A stretch of 58,557 bases of DNA, counting the filler, from Squatina squatina (Eukaryota), in NCBI GenBank assembly GCA_031763465.1. It is 4 parts of 4 records of this genome, joined end to end, with 100 filler letters (N's around TTAATTAATTAA, not from the genome) between each part and the next. Parts side by side here need not be neighbours in the genome. Positions count along the whole stretch, not along the records: positions 29,650 to 42,870 come from JARFOE010000194.1; positions 42,971 to 58,557 come from JARFOE010000013.1; 2 more parts are not named here. The stretch is one strand, 5' to 3'. The notes under the pieces were generated by a model. It was not told the origin of the DNA. It saw only the letters and a list, made by a program, of their open reading frames with translations, and did no database searches. This document shows, in pieces, positions 35,271 to 49,404 of the stretch (positions are counted from its first letter, which is position 1; every line of letters starts with the position of its first letter). The translations under genes and the position numbers were made by a program.

Positions 35271-35655
35271 CACATCCCTTGCATCTCTTAGCAGCAAGTT
35301 TTAAAGTGGCATATGAAGAGGTCTGGAAGCAGTTGCCCAGCCTCCATTGCGATCTGGGAAGCTATATTACTTGATGAGATCAGAGAAAAAAAATAGAAAA
35401 CTTCTTTTTAACAAGAAAAAGACAAAAAACTGCCAACAAGAAATATTCCACAAAACATCACATCAAATCCAATTTTCTTATTCATATTGAAGCTACTAAG
35501 AAAAGTAAAGCGAATTCTTCACTGTTAGATTTGTATTACACGAGGACTTTATGTAAGGGAATAGAAGTTGGCAAAGACTTGCTTGCTATTGTGTTTAATT
35601 GTACAATTCCTTGGCTTTTACTCAAACAGTTGTAGCAGTGTATCTCTATCTGCAG

Positions 35656-35909
35656 GTTGTTACCCATCCATCCAAAGTGCTGGAGCTGCACATGAAGAAG
35701 CGAGGATTTAAGATGGAGGTTGGCCAGTATGTTTTTGTCCAATGCTCAAAGGTCTCAGGGCTGGAGTGGCACCCTTTCACATTGACCTCTTCCCCAGAGG
35801 AAGACCACTTCAGCATTCATGTGAGAAGAGTGGGAGACTGGACGGACAGTTTGTTCAAAGTGTGTGGTGGAGACCAAAAGGAATTCAGAGAAGCTTGGAA
35901 ACTCCCCAG
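35656..35909 (+). CDS. CYBB: NADPH oxidase catalytic subunit (NOX2/gp91phox-like), FAD-binding exon (254 nt)
   Basis: TGCAG acceptor at 35655 and GTGAGA donor at 35910. Translates [85 protein letters not shown], with HPFTLTS and GDWT motifs. The C-terminal half matches recalled NOX2 ([20 protein letters not shown]). NOX family is certain; the paralogue call is less so. Confidence 0.8.
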
Positions 35910-37038
35910 GTGAGAGAACCAGCAAACTGAATTATCCATTTAAAGTTATCTCTGCCAGCCAATAAGATATATTAGAAATTAAATTACTGTAGAATTTCCA
36001 TTAGATATTTTGAGGAGCGATTTCCGTCAACTGGTACTCCCAATAGGAAGCAGGACAAACAGGNNNNNNNNNNNNNNNNNNNNNNNNNNNNNNNNNNNNN
36101 NNNNNNNNNNNNNNNNNNNNNNNNNNNNNNNNNNNNNNNNNNNNNNNNNNNNNNNNNNNNNNNCATCACAACTGTATGGGAGAGGGTGGATAGACCAGTA
36201 GGTCTTTTCCTGACCATCATTTTTCATATGTACGTATACATTATTGGGGCCCCATTCAAAAAGGGCACCAGATGATGTGGCAGCACTTCATAACTTTCAG
36301 TCCCCCACCAGCCAATGCAGAGAAAGGGAAAAGATTGCAAGGCACGGGAATGCCACACGAAGTGGTATATTAAAAAAATGTAAATTTACTGTATCAAAAT
36401 GTATTACTTTTGTTTTTAAAAAATCATAATAGCTATTTTCTATTATTCAGTAGCATTAAATTGGAACTAGTCACCCATGAACTTAATGAAACCCCTCTGT
36501 GGGCTTAATTGTCTCAAATTATTGGTGTGTGCCTCTGAATGAATCCAAAGCTGTAATTTTGAGCAAGACTTTTCTACTTTTGTTGTAATCATGTTGTAAA
36601 CATTATCAGTTTTATAAGCATGCTCCACTATTAGCAAAAAAACAATGAACTATGTTATCAAACTACATTAAACTTAAACAGGTTTGCACTGGTAGAAAGC
36701 AGAGATATATAATTAAGTATAAAAAAGGTCAACTTCATATTGGTTTATGACTGTATATCAGTTAGCTGAAAAAGCATTGTATAGTGCACCCCTCTTAAGC
36801 AAATGGTTCATATATCCCAGCAAGAAAACATAAAGTGTTACAAGGCAAATAAACAAATTAAAATTAGGGGTAAATTTCCATCTCCACCGCATGGGTTGCC
36901 ATACAGCAAAGCAAATTGCCCGAGTATAGAATTCCTTTNNNNNNNNNNNNNNNNNNNNNNNNNNNNNNNNNNNNNNNNNNNNNNNNNNNNNNNNNNNNNN
37001 NNNNNNNNNNNNNNNNNNNNNNNNNNNNNNNNNNNNNN

Positions 37039-37066
37039 GAAGGGTCATCGACCCGAAACGTTGACT
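37039..37066 (+). ncRNA. Minimal hammerhead ribozyme motif in a Penelope-type tail (5' part lost in a gap)
   Basis: Reads [N gap]GA-A-GGGTC-ATC-GACCC-GAAAC-GTT-GACT. Complements the copy at 29004-29040. Confidence 0.6.
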
Positions 37067-38940
37067 CTGTTTTTCTCTCCACAGATGCTGCCTGACCTGC
37101 TGAGTCTTTCCAGCAATTTTTGTTTGTAAATAATCAATACTTAATTGAAAGCAGAAGAGAATTAAATCAAGAGTACAATATAAAAATGCATCATCCAAAG
37201 TCTGTTCATGAATTGTAAATCCTATGGGAATGCTTAGATAGAACTAACTAGGTCAGATCACAGTTTTGTGACTATAAGTGAATCATGTTTTAATGGCATT
37301 TTAATGACTTGGAGTTTGAATTTTGCATTTTCTGAAACCAAAATGTTTGCAGCTCATTAACTGAGATACTTGTTCATCTGAATTCTCAGCATTTTCTGTG
37401 TGTAATTAATTACATTAATTGTTTTGAAACATTTCAATGTGATAAGGCACCATATAAATACAAGTATAATTTATAATAATGACATGGAGAAGATGACATT
37501 TTCAAAGTTTTTTGAAAACAGAATCTTAAAAGCTGTTTCATCTCTCATATTTATCCTTCAGGATGTTCTCTTGATTTCTTCCAATGAAGTTTCAATCTAG
37601 TTCCAAAATGGATTTCTTTCCTCTCTTCCTTGTGCTGTCTTTAAAAGAAAATCATTCATGGGATGTGGGTGTTGCTGGCAAGGCCGGCATTTATTACCCA
37701 TTGAGAAGGTGCGGTGAGCCGCTACCTTGAATTGCAGAAGACAGTTAAGAGTCAACCACATTGCTGTAGGTCTGGAATCACATAAAGGCCAGGTAAGGAA
37801 GGCAGATTTGCTTTCTTAAAAAGGACATTAGGTGAACCAGATGGGATTTTACGACAATCCAGTAGTCTCATGGTCATCATTACTGACACTAATTGAATTT
37901 AAATTCCACATCTGCTGTGGTGGGATTTGAACTTGCCTCTGGATCATTGGTCCAGGCCCCTGGATTATTAGTCCAGTAACAAAACCACTATGCTACTGTA
38001 TGTTCTCTAGATTTCTTCTAATGGGAGTTTCAATCTAATGGATTTCTTTCCTCTCTCCCTCGCTGCTTTGTGCTATCTAACATTGACGAGATGATTCACA
38101 TAAAATGACAATACACAAAACAGCTGATTACTTTTATCTCAGAGGTGACAAAGGTGAATGTGCAAACAAGGCAGTATAATAACGCCCGCAATGCAAGCAA
38201 ATGGACTTATGCCAACACAGTAAACCTTTGCAAATGGCGTGAATTCGCATATACAGCAACTTGCATTTATACAATGTCTTTAATGTAGTAAAATGTCCCA
38301 AAGTGTTTCATAGGAGCAATATAAAACAAAATTTGACACCAAACCACAGAGATGTTCGCACAGGTGACCAAAAGATTGGTCAAANNNNNNNNNNNNNNNN
38401 NNNNNNNNNNNNNNNNNNNNNNNNNNNNNNNNNNNNNNNNNNNNNNNNNNNNNNNNNNNNNNNNNNNNNNNNNNNNNNNNNNNNGTGTTAAATTAATGAG
38501 TTATTAAAATATACCACTCCTAGGATAGTAACTAATTAGTTGCTAAAGCACCTTATTCTTTACCTTTTAAAAACTTTTTTTCATCCCTATTAAGGACATA
38601 CTAGAATTTTACCAAGCTAACTGGTTGATATTAATGAGGGTTCAGGATATATTTTAACTTATCTTTTTTTTTTCCTTTTTAGCAACAAAGTTGGCTGAAG
38701 CTTCCAAGAAGTAAATGTAAACGTTTTTCAGATGCAGATAACGCCATGATGCCCACAAGGATCGATGTTATAGGAAGATACTGAGTTCGTGTGTGTAGCC
38801 TTGACAGCAATTTTTAAAAACTTGCTGCAAAGGAATACAGCTGACCTGTACATGCTGTGTAACAGTACCATTCCAAAAAGAGATTTTTTTTTTTGAGAGC
38901 ATGCAGTTAGTCATGTTCATTGGGAAGATTTTCACCTTGA

Positions 38941-39198
<258 letters not shown>

Positions 39199-41472
39199 TG
39201 AGTGGTATGTGGGGGAAAAATGGTTTCTTTTACAAATTGTTCAGTAGCAATAACAGTCAACATGATAACTTGAATTTGTACCCTGGCCAAGAATTCACAC
39301 AGCAGCACAAAATGTTTTTTTGTGGCTAGTACACTTTATTGCTTTTGTAAATGGGAAAGAAAAATGAGCAGAAGGCTGGTCTGCCTCAATTTTGTGTAGT
39401 TTTCTGTACATGGTGAATTCTGGATTTCATCTGGGGTCTAGAGAAACATAGAAAGAAAGAAGGCCAACAGATAAAATCATAACGCGAGGCAACTCAGTCC
39501 ACTGTTGTGCAACTTTTAGTGGTTAATTCAAGATCAAGAGTAAATCAATCCACCCAGCCTTGATCATAGAATGTGTGTAACATGCTCGGAGAAGAGCCTT
39601 GAAGTGAAGGCAAGGCTTTAAATGGATGAGAAAAAAAGCAGAATAGAGAACACAAAAGACACTTGTTGCATGCATTTACTCGTTGTGGTATGATTTCTCT
39701 TTATTTGGGAGGGGTAAAATCTAAAATTACTTTGACGCATTTCATTCCTTTGATTAAATGATCTCATATCAGGACCTGCTAGAAGTCTACATGATTANNN
39801 NNNNNNNNNNNNNNNNNNNNNNNNNNNNNNNNNNNNNNNNNNNNNNNNNNNNNNNNNNNNNNNNNNNNNNNNNNNNNNNNNNNNNNNNNNNNNNNNNGCC
39901 TGTCAAAATGTCAGTTTTTTAAACAAAAATTGACTTTAAAAAATATTCCTTGATATATTTTAGAGTGGTAACTTGGTGCAGTTTTACTAATACAGCTGGA
40001 AATGGGCTTATCCCAAAAAATTAGCATTTTTAATTAGTGTCTAGTCCACCAACTGTGAGTAACCTCATTTTAAATAAGTGAAAATGACTTTAAAAAGACT
40101 TTGCAGAACCATTTGCTAGTTATATTGGTGTACAGTAGTCAGTTTCTTAGTAAATTAAAAAAAATATATAATCAAAAGCTTTTAAAGCATGCCTTTTAGT
40201 GACCTTGTGTACAAAAGATCAAGCTTAATTTGAAGAGCCTCTTCGCAGGCCTGCAAATGGGTGCAGTGAGCAGAAACTCACCATGGTGATTAATTCAATT
40301 TGGGGGCATGGCCAGTTTTGTGGGCAGGGCCAGCTTCCAGCGCAATGCTTTTTAAACCAGCGCAAAAGATCGTACAAACTCGATTAGCATTGGATGGTAA
40401 TTTGCGCTTGAAATTCCTTGATCTTTTGCACTGGATTGGCCAATTTCTGGAGAATTGAGCAGAAACTCCAGGCCAGTGTGTTCTAGGCACCTAGTCAAGC
40501 AGTCAGGAGATGATCAGGAGATTTAAGAATACAATAGACTAGTTGAGAAAAAATGGGATTGTAAGATACAAACTGTGCAGAAAACAATAAAGAGGGTAAC
40601 ATAATTTACAAGATGATTTATACTTTAATTATAATTAATTTATAATATTAAAAATAACAGACATGTTGACATGTTACCATCATGCTAGCAAGACGTTACT
40701 AACATTATAAATGGTACAATACGCAAAAGGTCAGGGGAACATGACTGTAGTCCACGTAAGTAGGTTAGAACTCCACGCTTGCAACTTTTCCTGATGGGTC
40801 CCCTGTGATTATCTGTCTGTAGCTGTAATCTCATGGTCACTGTATGTAGTGGGTTGTGTGATACGATTAAAAAGCATTAAGTCTGTGTAAGTCTTGTTTC
40901 TTATTTTTAGAGCTTGATTAAAGGGGTCTGGATACGAATTATCCTGTAAAAACCCAATGGGCTGTATTTTGCGTTCAGCAGGAAATGAACAGCACTACAT
41001 TTGCACGTGTCCATTGACTTTTTATGGGCTTTTGCACTGGAACTTCCCATCAGCCGAACATCCAAACAGCCTAGTGCCCTCTACGGGCCATCTGGGACCT
41101 GTATGAACAGGGCAAGCAACTGTGTTTCTCTTCAGCCAATCAGATTGAAGAATCCTTATTGTGGCACGCAGAGTCTAAACAGGACATGTAGGTTAGAATA
41201 TTTAATTCACTGTAAAATCGGGTTCAGAAAGCGAAATAGAGAAGGAAAGAAAGATGGGATTAAGAGAGAGAGAGAGAGAGAGTGTTAAGAGANNNNNNNN
41301 NNNNNNNNNNNNNNNNNNNNNNNNNNNNNNNNNNNNNNNNNNNNNNNNNNNNNNNNNNNNNNNNNNNNNNNNNNNNNNNNNNNNNNNNNNNNTGATCAAA
41401 TAGTTGTGGTATAACATGCAAATCGTGATAGCTCTCCTTGAGTGCATTAACCATCTCAGAAGAACTTCTTAG

Positions 41473-41841
<369 letters not shown>

Positions 41842-42479
41842 TGATCTAGAAATTCATTGACACTGTGCCTGTATAACAGGCACCTGGGCACCCAGTACAG
41901 CAGATGGCAAGCGCATTTTGATTTCACACAGTAAGTGTGCTACTCGCCATATTGGTAAATGCTTAAGTATAGGCGTCCAGCACTCACACCTGAAACAGGC
42001 TTTAACCTCTTTGCATGTTTCAGGGCCCCTTCCCGAAATTGGGTGGCCCTGAACACAGCCGGCGCCACGTCAGCTGCATTCAGGAAAACATGGTGTACAT
42101 ACGGCCTAACCAGCGATCCTTAAAAGGGACTGCTGCAGTCCACCATCAAAATGGTATATTTTTAAAAAATACTTACCTGCAAACAACCCTGGAGATTGGT
42201 GTTCTTCCAATGCACTGCAGGCACGAATGTTAAAACATTCTCGCAAGCGCAGACCAAGACTAGTTTCTCTATTAATATCCATGACCTATGACCAGCAGAT
42301 GTTCAGACCTAAGGATCGGGTAGGCATGGGGAGTGACCTGTTGATGGTCCTGTTGACACTGAATCTCTCTACTGGATTGTGATTATCCAGAACACTAGTC
42401 TGGAACTACAAAACAGCTGACGTGGTTCCCTTCAGGCTGATGCATCTAAACATCTGCATAACGCTTGATAACCCAGAGC

Positions 42480-42870
42480 TCAGCAGTAAGCAGCTAACTA
42501 ATGTCCTATGGGAGCAGCAATACCGATGAAGAAAGATCCTGATACCCCAACACATCATTAGGCTGATGATGCTGATGTGCAATTTCCAAGCCATATTTTT
42601 CAGTAACCCCAGAAAGAGTGCGCAATGGAGGTATTCTGGGGCGTGAAAAAGGCTTTCAACATGGTTTGGCACAATGGGCTATGATACACCATTTCCCAGA
42701 TCAGCATTCCTAATTTAAAGAATATTGAATTTCCTCGTAGACCACACAATTCGTGTTATAGAGGGGACAGCGATGTCCAGCAGGTTCTACCCAATGGCAT
42801 GAATTCCCCATTGCCCTGTTGACAGCCACTGCTTTTCTTCATTTGTGTCAGTGACAATCAAATACCTGAA
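42480..42870 (+). mobile_element. Very old non-LTR RT remnant (Jockey/I-like)
   Basis: Translates VFWGVKKAFNMVWHNGL (compare FLDxxKAFDxVWHxGL) at about 42630-42680 and PLLFFICVSD at about 42826-42856. Confidence 0.55.
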
Positions 42871-42970
42871 NNNNNNNNNNNNNNNNNNNNNNNNNNNNNN
42901 NNNNNNNNNNNNNNTTAATTAATTAANNNNNNNNNNNNNNNNNNNNNNNNNNNNNNNNNNNNNNNNNNNN
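42871..42970. other. Artificial scaffold-joining spacer
   Basis: N run with TTAATTAATTAA at 42915-42926. Confidence 0.95.
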
Positions 42971-45115
42971 AAGCTGGGAGACAGTTTAATCATTAAAAGC
43001 TGGTTTAAACTTTTTAAGAACTGTAACTGAACAAAAGCAGATGTTGCTTAAATTACGAGATCACAAGATAGATGCAGATCAAGAAGGCCATCTTGGCTCA
43101 TCCATCAAGAAAAACCTTACAAACTCCCTCCAGCATCATCGTATTCAGCTGTTTCTTAAATAATTGCTGGGTTTTTGCCTCCACGACCCTAACCTGGATT
43201 TTCTTTCTATGTGTTGATCACTCTGTGTGACGAAGAAACTCTTGATACCAGTCCTGCATTTACCATTCACCAGTTTGTACATGTGCTCCCTTGTACTGCT
43301 GTTAAATTTGAAGTAATGTTATGGACTTAACTTTTCTACACCATTCACAATCTTGTAAGCTCTATGAAAACCCTCTCAAGACTGAACAGGCCAAATTGAA
43401 ACCTTTTTTGCCTACCTTGTAAAAGATGATCAAAACCTTCAAAAAGAAGCTAATACGGTTCCTCAAAAGTTGACAGCTCTGAAAGAGCAGTAAATATAGG
43501 CCATACAACAAGTGAAGGTAAACAGCTAGACTGAAAATGCAGTGGTATACTGGCTTGTCATAACTTAAGCTGCCAGTGTACCGGACATTCAATCACTTCT
43601 ATAGTGGCAGAAAGAAATGTGATTCACAAAAGCTTTGTTTGCAGTCGTAGTGGATTTACAAGTTATTGAAGGGGGAATGCAAGTGCAGAAGGTGGAAGAT
43701 TTACACTGTTCATTTCCGTGGGAGTTCGCCCGGTCGTCCNNNNNNNNNNNNNNNNNNNNNNNNNNNNNNNNNNNNNNNNNNNNNNNNNNNNNNNNNNNNN
43801 NNNNNNNNNNNNNNNNNNNNNNNNNNNNNNNNNNNNNNNTTTTAAAAACTGAATCCCTGAGATCTGGGTTCCGAGGTCCCATAGCCAAAAGCGGATGTCT
43901 CCTGACCCTTCAGCTAACACTGTCTGCCATATCATCTTCTGTCCTTGGTTTCCCCTGCCCACTTGTACTCAGTGCATTTTTGCTGCACTCCCCTCTAGCT
44001 CAGAAACTAGTGCTCCCAAGGTGGGTGTTTCTGGATTGGTGCTTGTGGGAGAGAGAGAGACTGACAATTTGTATACCACACATGTTGTAGTATCTTTTGA
44101 GTATAATACCTTGTTGGATTTAAAGTTTCATTCGTTCAATAGGAATATTTTACAATATAAGTCACAAAGTTGAAGGGTGTTTTGAACCATATGCCGGTTA
44201 GGAATATTCTACATTTAAAACTGCAGTACATACGGTTGTTACTATTTCTTTTTCTGAAGCCAACCTGTTAAAACAAATGTCCCACTCGCACATCCATTAT
44301 GAAGGTATTCAAGTATTGCAGCAGTGATCAATTTCAGGAACAGATGATTTGTATACTCCCGGTGCTGACCTTGCCTCCCTCCCCTCCCTCTGGGGTTCTA
44401 CCTCTGTAATTGGCAGGAACTCAAGGGTGAGGAGCAGAGGTCAGCAGTGTAATTAGACTAACAGTGCTTTCCTCAAATTGACCTCTGCTGGGAAAACATG
44501 AATATCTTTACCACTGACGAGGAAGAGAACAGTTTAACAGACTGGCTTCATTAACATCTACCTGTTTGGCATAAAAATATTAATTTTGTAGCAACAATTG
44601 GCAATTGACTGAAGTTTTTTTCTCTCTCCCTCCTCTCCTTAGGATGCTGACCGTGATCAAGTGACCATCCTTTGGGGTGAGTCTAGGCTCTGAGTGTTGG
44701 CAGGCTATTTGAATGTATGGAGCTCCCTGGCCTCACCCGACATCAGTAGGCAGGCACTTTACAGTAGCGGGCGACTGATTGTCTGCTCTGTGGCTTCCAT
44801 TTTTGGACATGGGACAGTTCTCCACTGGAGCAAAGGAGCAACATTAATAAAAGGTGAATTAACATTAACAAAGAAGTAATTAAAGACTTTCAGGGTTTCA
44901 ACGCTGCAGATGCGATGTTAAACCAAGGTCCTGTCTTCCTGCTCACATGAGCTTTAAAGATCTTACGGCACGATTTGAGAGTTCTCCCGATATCCAGGTC
45001 GACATTCCTCCCTCAACCAATGCCAATAAAAAAAGATTAAATGATAAACCATCTCATGGCTGTTTTTTGAGGCACTATTGAAATAAAGGCTGGAATTTTA
45101 TCTTAGAGGCAGGTA

Positions 45116-45396
45116 GGGAGCTGGGGGAGGGGGTGCTATACAGGACTGTGTACTTTGAGGAGCTGGGGGAGGGGGCTGTACGGGACTGTGTATTTTGGGG
45201 AGCTGGGGGAGTGGGTGCTATACAGGACTGTGTACTTTGGGCAGCTGGGGCCTGCTGTATGGGACTGTGTATTTTGGGGAACTGGGGGAGGGGCTGCTGT
45301 ATAGGACTGTGTACTTTGGGCAGCTGGGGGCTGCTGTATGGGACTGTGTATTTTGGGGAACTGGGGAGGGGCTGCTGTATCGGACTGTGTACTTTA
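45116..45396 (+). repeat. G-rich minisatellite (about 36-42-bp variable units)
   Basis: Repeats of ggggagctggggga.gggctgctgtat.ggactgtgta.ttt, about 7 units, running into a gap. Confidence 0.88.
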
Positions 45397-46610
45397 NNNN
45401 NNNNNNNNNNNNNNNNNNNNNNNNNNNNNNNNNNNNNNNNNNNNNNNNNNNNNNNNNNNNNNNNNNNNNNNNNNNNNNNNNNNNNNNNNNNNNNNNTGGA
45501 GGCCTGGGGCGGGCGTGATCGGAGGCCTCATGGGAGGTCTCCAATCGTGGGGGTGTGTTCAGTAGGGACCCTGGATTCAGGAGGTATGTGTATAAGAATT
45601 TACCTCCTGGATGCAGCTGTCCTCGCCTTGCATTAGCTGGTCGGTTTTGTGAGATGTGCAAAACCCGACCAGCTACAGATAAATACAAAATGGATATTAA
45701 AGAAGAGGCTTCCAGCCTCATTATAATATTTAATCGGGCCGCCTCCTGGCAGCAGATTGGCTGAACTCCCACCCATGCCCCACCACTTCTCGCCTCCATT
45801 AAAATCGGAAGTGGGCGGGTTGGAGGCGGATTGAGGTCTGGATTCAGATTTTTAACACTTCAACCATACCCACGCCCACAGCACACCCATTTTTTTCAGG
45901 TTAAAATATCCCCCTCTATTTCTGGCCCATCCAAAGTAATAATCTTCAGCAACTTTACCTTCATATGCGACCCTTCATGGGATTCTGCATCTTGCATTTG
46001 GATGCTTTATGGCTCCCCGAGCTCCCACGAAAGTTGGCTTTGGAAGAACCCCTTTTAATGTGCCTTCTTTTTTCAGCCGTTCCTCTTCTGTTGAAGATCA
46101 CTTTCAAGAAAACGTTATGGTCAAAAATGGATTTATTTTCAACTCTTTAAAAGCAAACTGACTGTAATGAATAAGTATAAATAGTTCCCCCCTAAATATT
46201 CTGAAAGTAAATCTTAATTAAAAAATCAGAAATATTGAAAAAAGCTAATGAAAAAATATTACTAAAGAGATACTGTAAGCATTGTAACAGCAAAATAATA
46301 CAAAGTCTGTTCCCTTTAAGAGCTCCATCACAAGGAGTTCCCCTTTAAAATGGGCTTTGAAGATAAAAAGTGTAATCAGGGCACAAATTGCACCAGGTAT
46401 TCATTTAAATATTCTTCCGTGAAGTCTGAGGGAATTAATGAAGCTAAATACTTTAGGACATGAAATGTAGCCAGCTGGAAAATTGTGAGCAGAAGGGATT
46501 GACTGTAAAANNNNNNNNNNNNNNNNNNNNNNNNNNNNNNNNNNNNNNNNNNNNNNNNNNNNNNNNNNNNNNNNNNNNNNNNNNNNNNNNNNNNNNNNNN
46601 NNNNNNNNNN

Positions 46611-46815
46611 ACTTGGAGATGTTACATTCAATTCCTTCGTCTAAATCATTAATATATATTGTAAATAACTGGGGTCCCAGCACTGAGTCTGTCGAGCCCT
46701 GTCAGAATTTTATGCATTTCAATGAGATCCACTCTCATTCTTCTAAAATCTAGTGAATACAGGCCTAGTCGACCCAATCTCTCCTCAATCGACAACCCAA
46801 CATCCCAGGAATCAG
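46611..46815 (-). mobile_element. CR1 RT fragments; others at 53810-53860 (+) and 53961-54125 (-)
   Basis: Translates VLGPQLFTIYINDLDEGIECNISK and EERLGRLGLYSLDFRRMRVDLIE. The others give QQDLDDIQAWADKWQV and NIKTDNRSFFKYIKRKR...EMAEELNRYF. Confidence 0.8.
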
Positions 46816-47561
46816 CATGTGTTGATGCTTGCTGTTCAATGACCACCCAAATGACGTTTGCCTTCCGATACAAAATTGGCCCAGGAATTAACAGTGCTAG
46901 CACACCAATAATTTTCATCAGTTAAAACATGCCTTTTTTTTTGCAAAAGCAGATCTAAGTAAGCCAAAGCAAAAGTAAAGGGAAAAACTAACAGTGAAAA
47001 AAAATGGAAAGAAGTAAGCAGTGTTATGAAAGGTCTGATGTCATTATGGGTTTAGCTTCCTGTACCAGGCTTGGTTAAGCTCCGAATGTGATAGGCATTG
47101 ACAGCAGCAGGGAGTTCACTTTATACAACAACCAGGGCAGAAAAGTTAGTAACTAAAGTTGATTAGAGGGAGTAGTCCAATACTGGAACAGACTGCGTAT
47201 TGAAGTATTCTAGTCAATCAGGTTTGGAAAAGTGGCTCCTTTCTTGGCCTTTAGGGGCTCCTCATTTTTATAGAATAAATCCAGACAGACTCACGGGGAT
47301 AAGATCAACTTTGCAAAAGTATTTCAGATAATCTTCTTATAGCTCAGTCCTTCCTCACAGTGACATGTTTATATATTTTAGAGAGTCTTTGTTCTGAACA
47401 GGCAAGCTGGTTGCACTTTTACTTTTTGTTTCATCCACAGCCTGGGGGCAGATGGTCTGCACACAAGGGTATTTAAGGACATACCAGTGAAATTGGTCAC
47501 ACTTTGGCTGGATCTTTAAAGAATCATTAGAATTGAAAATTGTGTAGATAAAGATCCATTA

Positions 47562-49404
47562 GGGCTAAAATTTCAGCTCTGTAGTGCCCGAATCTTTGGT
47601 GCTACAGGTGCCATTTTGTGATGAAAATGGCATCCAAGCCATGCGGCGCACGCCTGGCACATGCCGTGCCAAATATCATCTTGGTGAGCACGGCAGGCCG
47701 GGTGTTAGGAGTGTCTGCCAGAAATATGTTGAGTAGGCAGATTGTGAAATCAGCATGCAAAGCTGATTTGATGCCAGTGCCTCCATTTTCATCCTGAATG
47801 CTGGAGCTAACACCCTGCCTTAATGTGCATTCAGCAACAGCAAGGAACTCCCACCAGCGATATTTAAAGGGATCATCATTAGGTTAGTTGTTGATTAATT
47901 TCAACTGGGACTGTGTAAGTTCGTAGAAGTGTTTGGAGCTTTCCAGAGTTGTTTAAAGTTGGTGAGCTGACAGGGAGTGGTGCTGCAAGTGGAGAAGGCC
48001 TTGGTTCCGACTTCAGGAGGTCTGCTCAGACCACTTGCTCGCAGATATGGGTGCTCTATTATCACCNNNNNNNNNNNNNNNNNNNNNNNNNNNNNNNNNN
48101 NNNNNNNNNNNNNNNNNNNNNNNNNNNNNNNNNNNNNNNNNNNNNNNNNNNNNNNNNNNNNNNNNNGAGCACTGCAGTACTCACCTGACCAGGTCTCCTT
48201 GTTTGTTGTTGTATGCTGCATGCTACACAACCTGGCCATCCAGAGGGCACAACCAATCGTGGATGAGACTGGACCCGCAAACCACCCACAAGCAGAGGGG
48301 CGTGAAGATGGACCTCATCCTGAGAGTGTGGAGCAGGAGCAGAACTCTGATGAGACAAATGAGGAAGAAGAGGGAAGCGAGGAGGGCAAGGAGCAGGAGG
48401 ATCATGTGGACCAGGAGCACCGAGTGGCGGGAGGGAGGGGTCGCAGACATCCAGCCAGAAGAGATCCACCAAGCGAGGCCAGGCAGAACCTCATTGAGGC
48501 TTGATTTCAGGAGCTTAGCCATTCAACACAGCCATCTCCATGAATTCTTTAAGCAAGTAGATTAGCTGTAGGCCCCACAATCCATTCCCCTCACTCAATT
48601 GCATGACCAAACACAAACACTGTAGAGAAATGCACTCCACACACCCTGGCATTAAACGCATACATGCTGATGTGGTCAGAAGTTAAATTTATCACAATTC
48701 ATAAGTTTAACTACTATGGTAATAAAGTTATTCACCCTTGTGCTTCGCCAATTTCACCCTTTGCCTTCTTCATCCTTCTACTCCTTCTGAGTGCTGTCAT
48801 GGTACCAAGTGAATGTGACCAACACAGCAGCTAAAATGCTAAGTATCTATACTTTTATGTCAATGAAGAAACTGGCCAAGTAATTGAACAATCATCTGTG
48901 TCAGCTGAAAGAAGTGACTGCATTCAAGAGTGATTCCCCTGAGCTCCTCCACTTACTCAGCTCTCACCTTCTTGAGTCTGGTGTCAGCCACTTCAGAGAG
49001 CTGTCAGATGGACTCTGCCCTCTTCTCCTTTAGTCTGTTCTGATCTCCTTGAAGGAGGCCTGTTCCTACAGTCTTGTCTGATCTCTGTTACTCAGGTGCC
49101 AGCTCCTTCAGTCTGGCATTATTTCCTTGAATCTACATTCATCTCTTTGAGTCTGAAGTCTTTGGCTTCACTGTGTAGTCAGCGGCTGAACTCTGGCGGC
49201 AGCACCTCGCCTCTGCAGGCAGCAGCTCACCTCTGCGCTTCTTGCCTTAAGTGAGCATTTAGCGCCTCCAGAATGTGCCACTCCGAAAAAACTTAGAAAA
49301 AAAGCCAAATTTTGCAAAGTTATAACGCCTCCACGGCCAGGCGCGATTAAGGCGCTAAGAATTTTTGCAACACCTTCACAGAGACGCTACCAAATTTCAC
49401 CCCC
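47562..49404 (+). mobile_element. PIF/Harbinger-type element remnant (transposase C-terminus at 48167-48530)
   Basis: Translates ALQYSPDQVSLFVVVCCMLHNLAIQR plus an acidic tail and EARQNLI, typical of Harbinger transposase ends. Possible termini gggctaaaattt and aaatttcacccc. An N gap (48067-48166) makes the overall span uncertain. Confidence 0.7.

Noticed and set aside
27466-35909. NLR next to NADPH oxidase as a novel immune gene cluster
   Set aside because: They are separated by the artificial spacer at 29550-29649, so adjacency is an artefact of concatenation.
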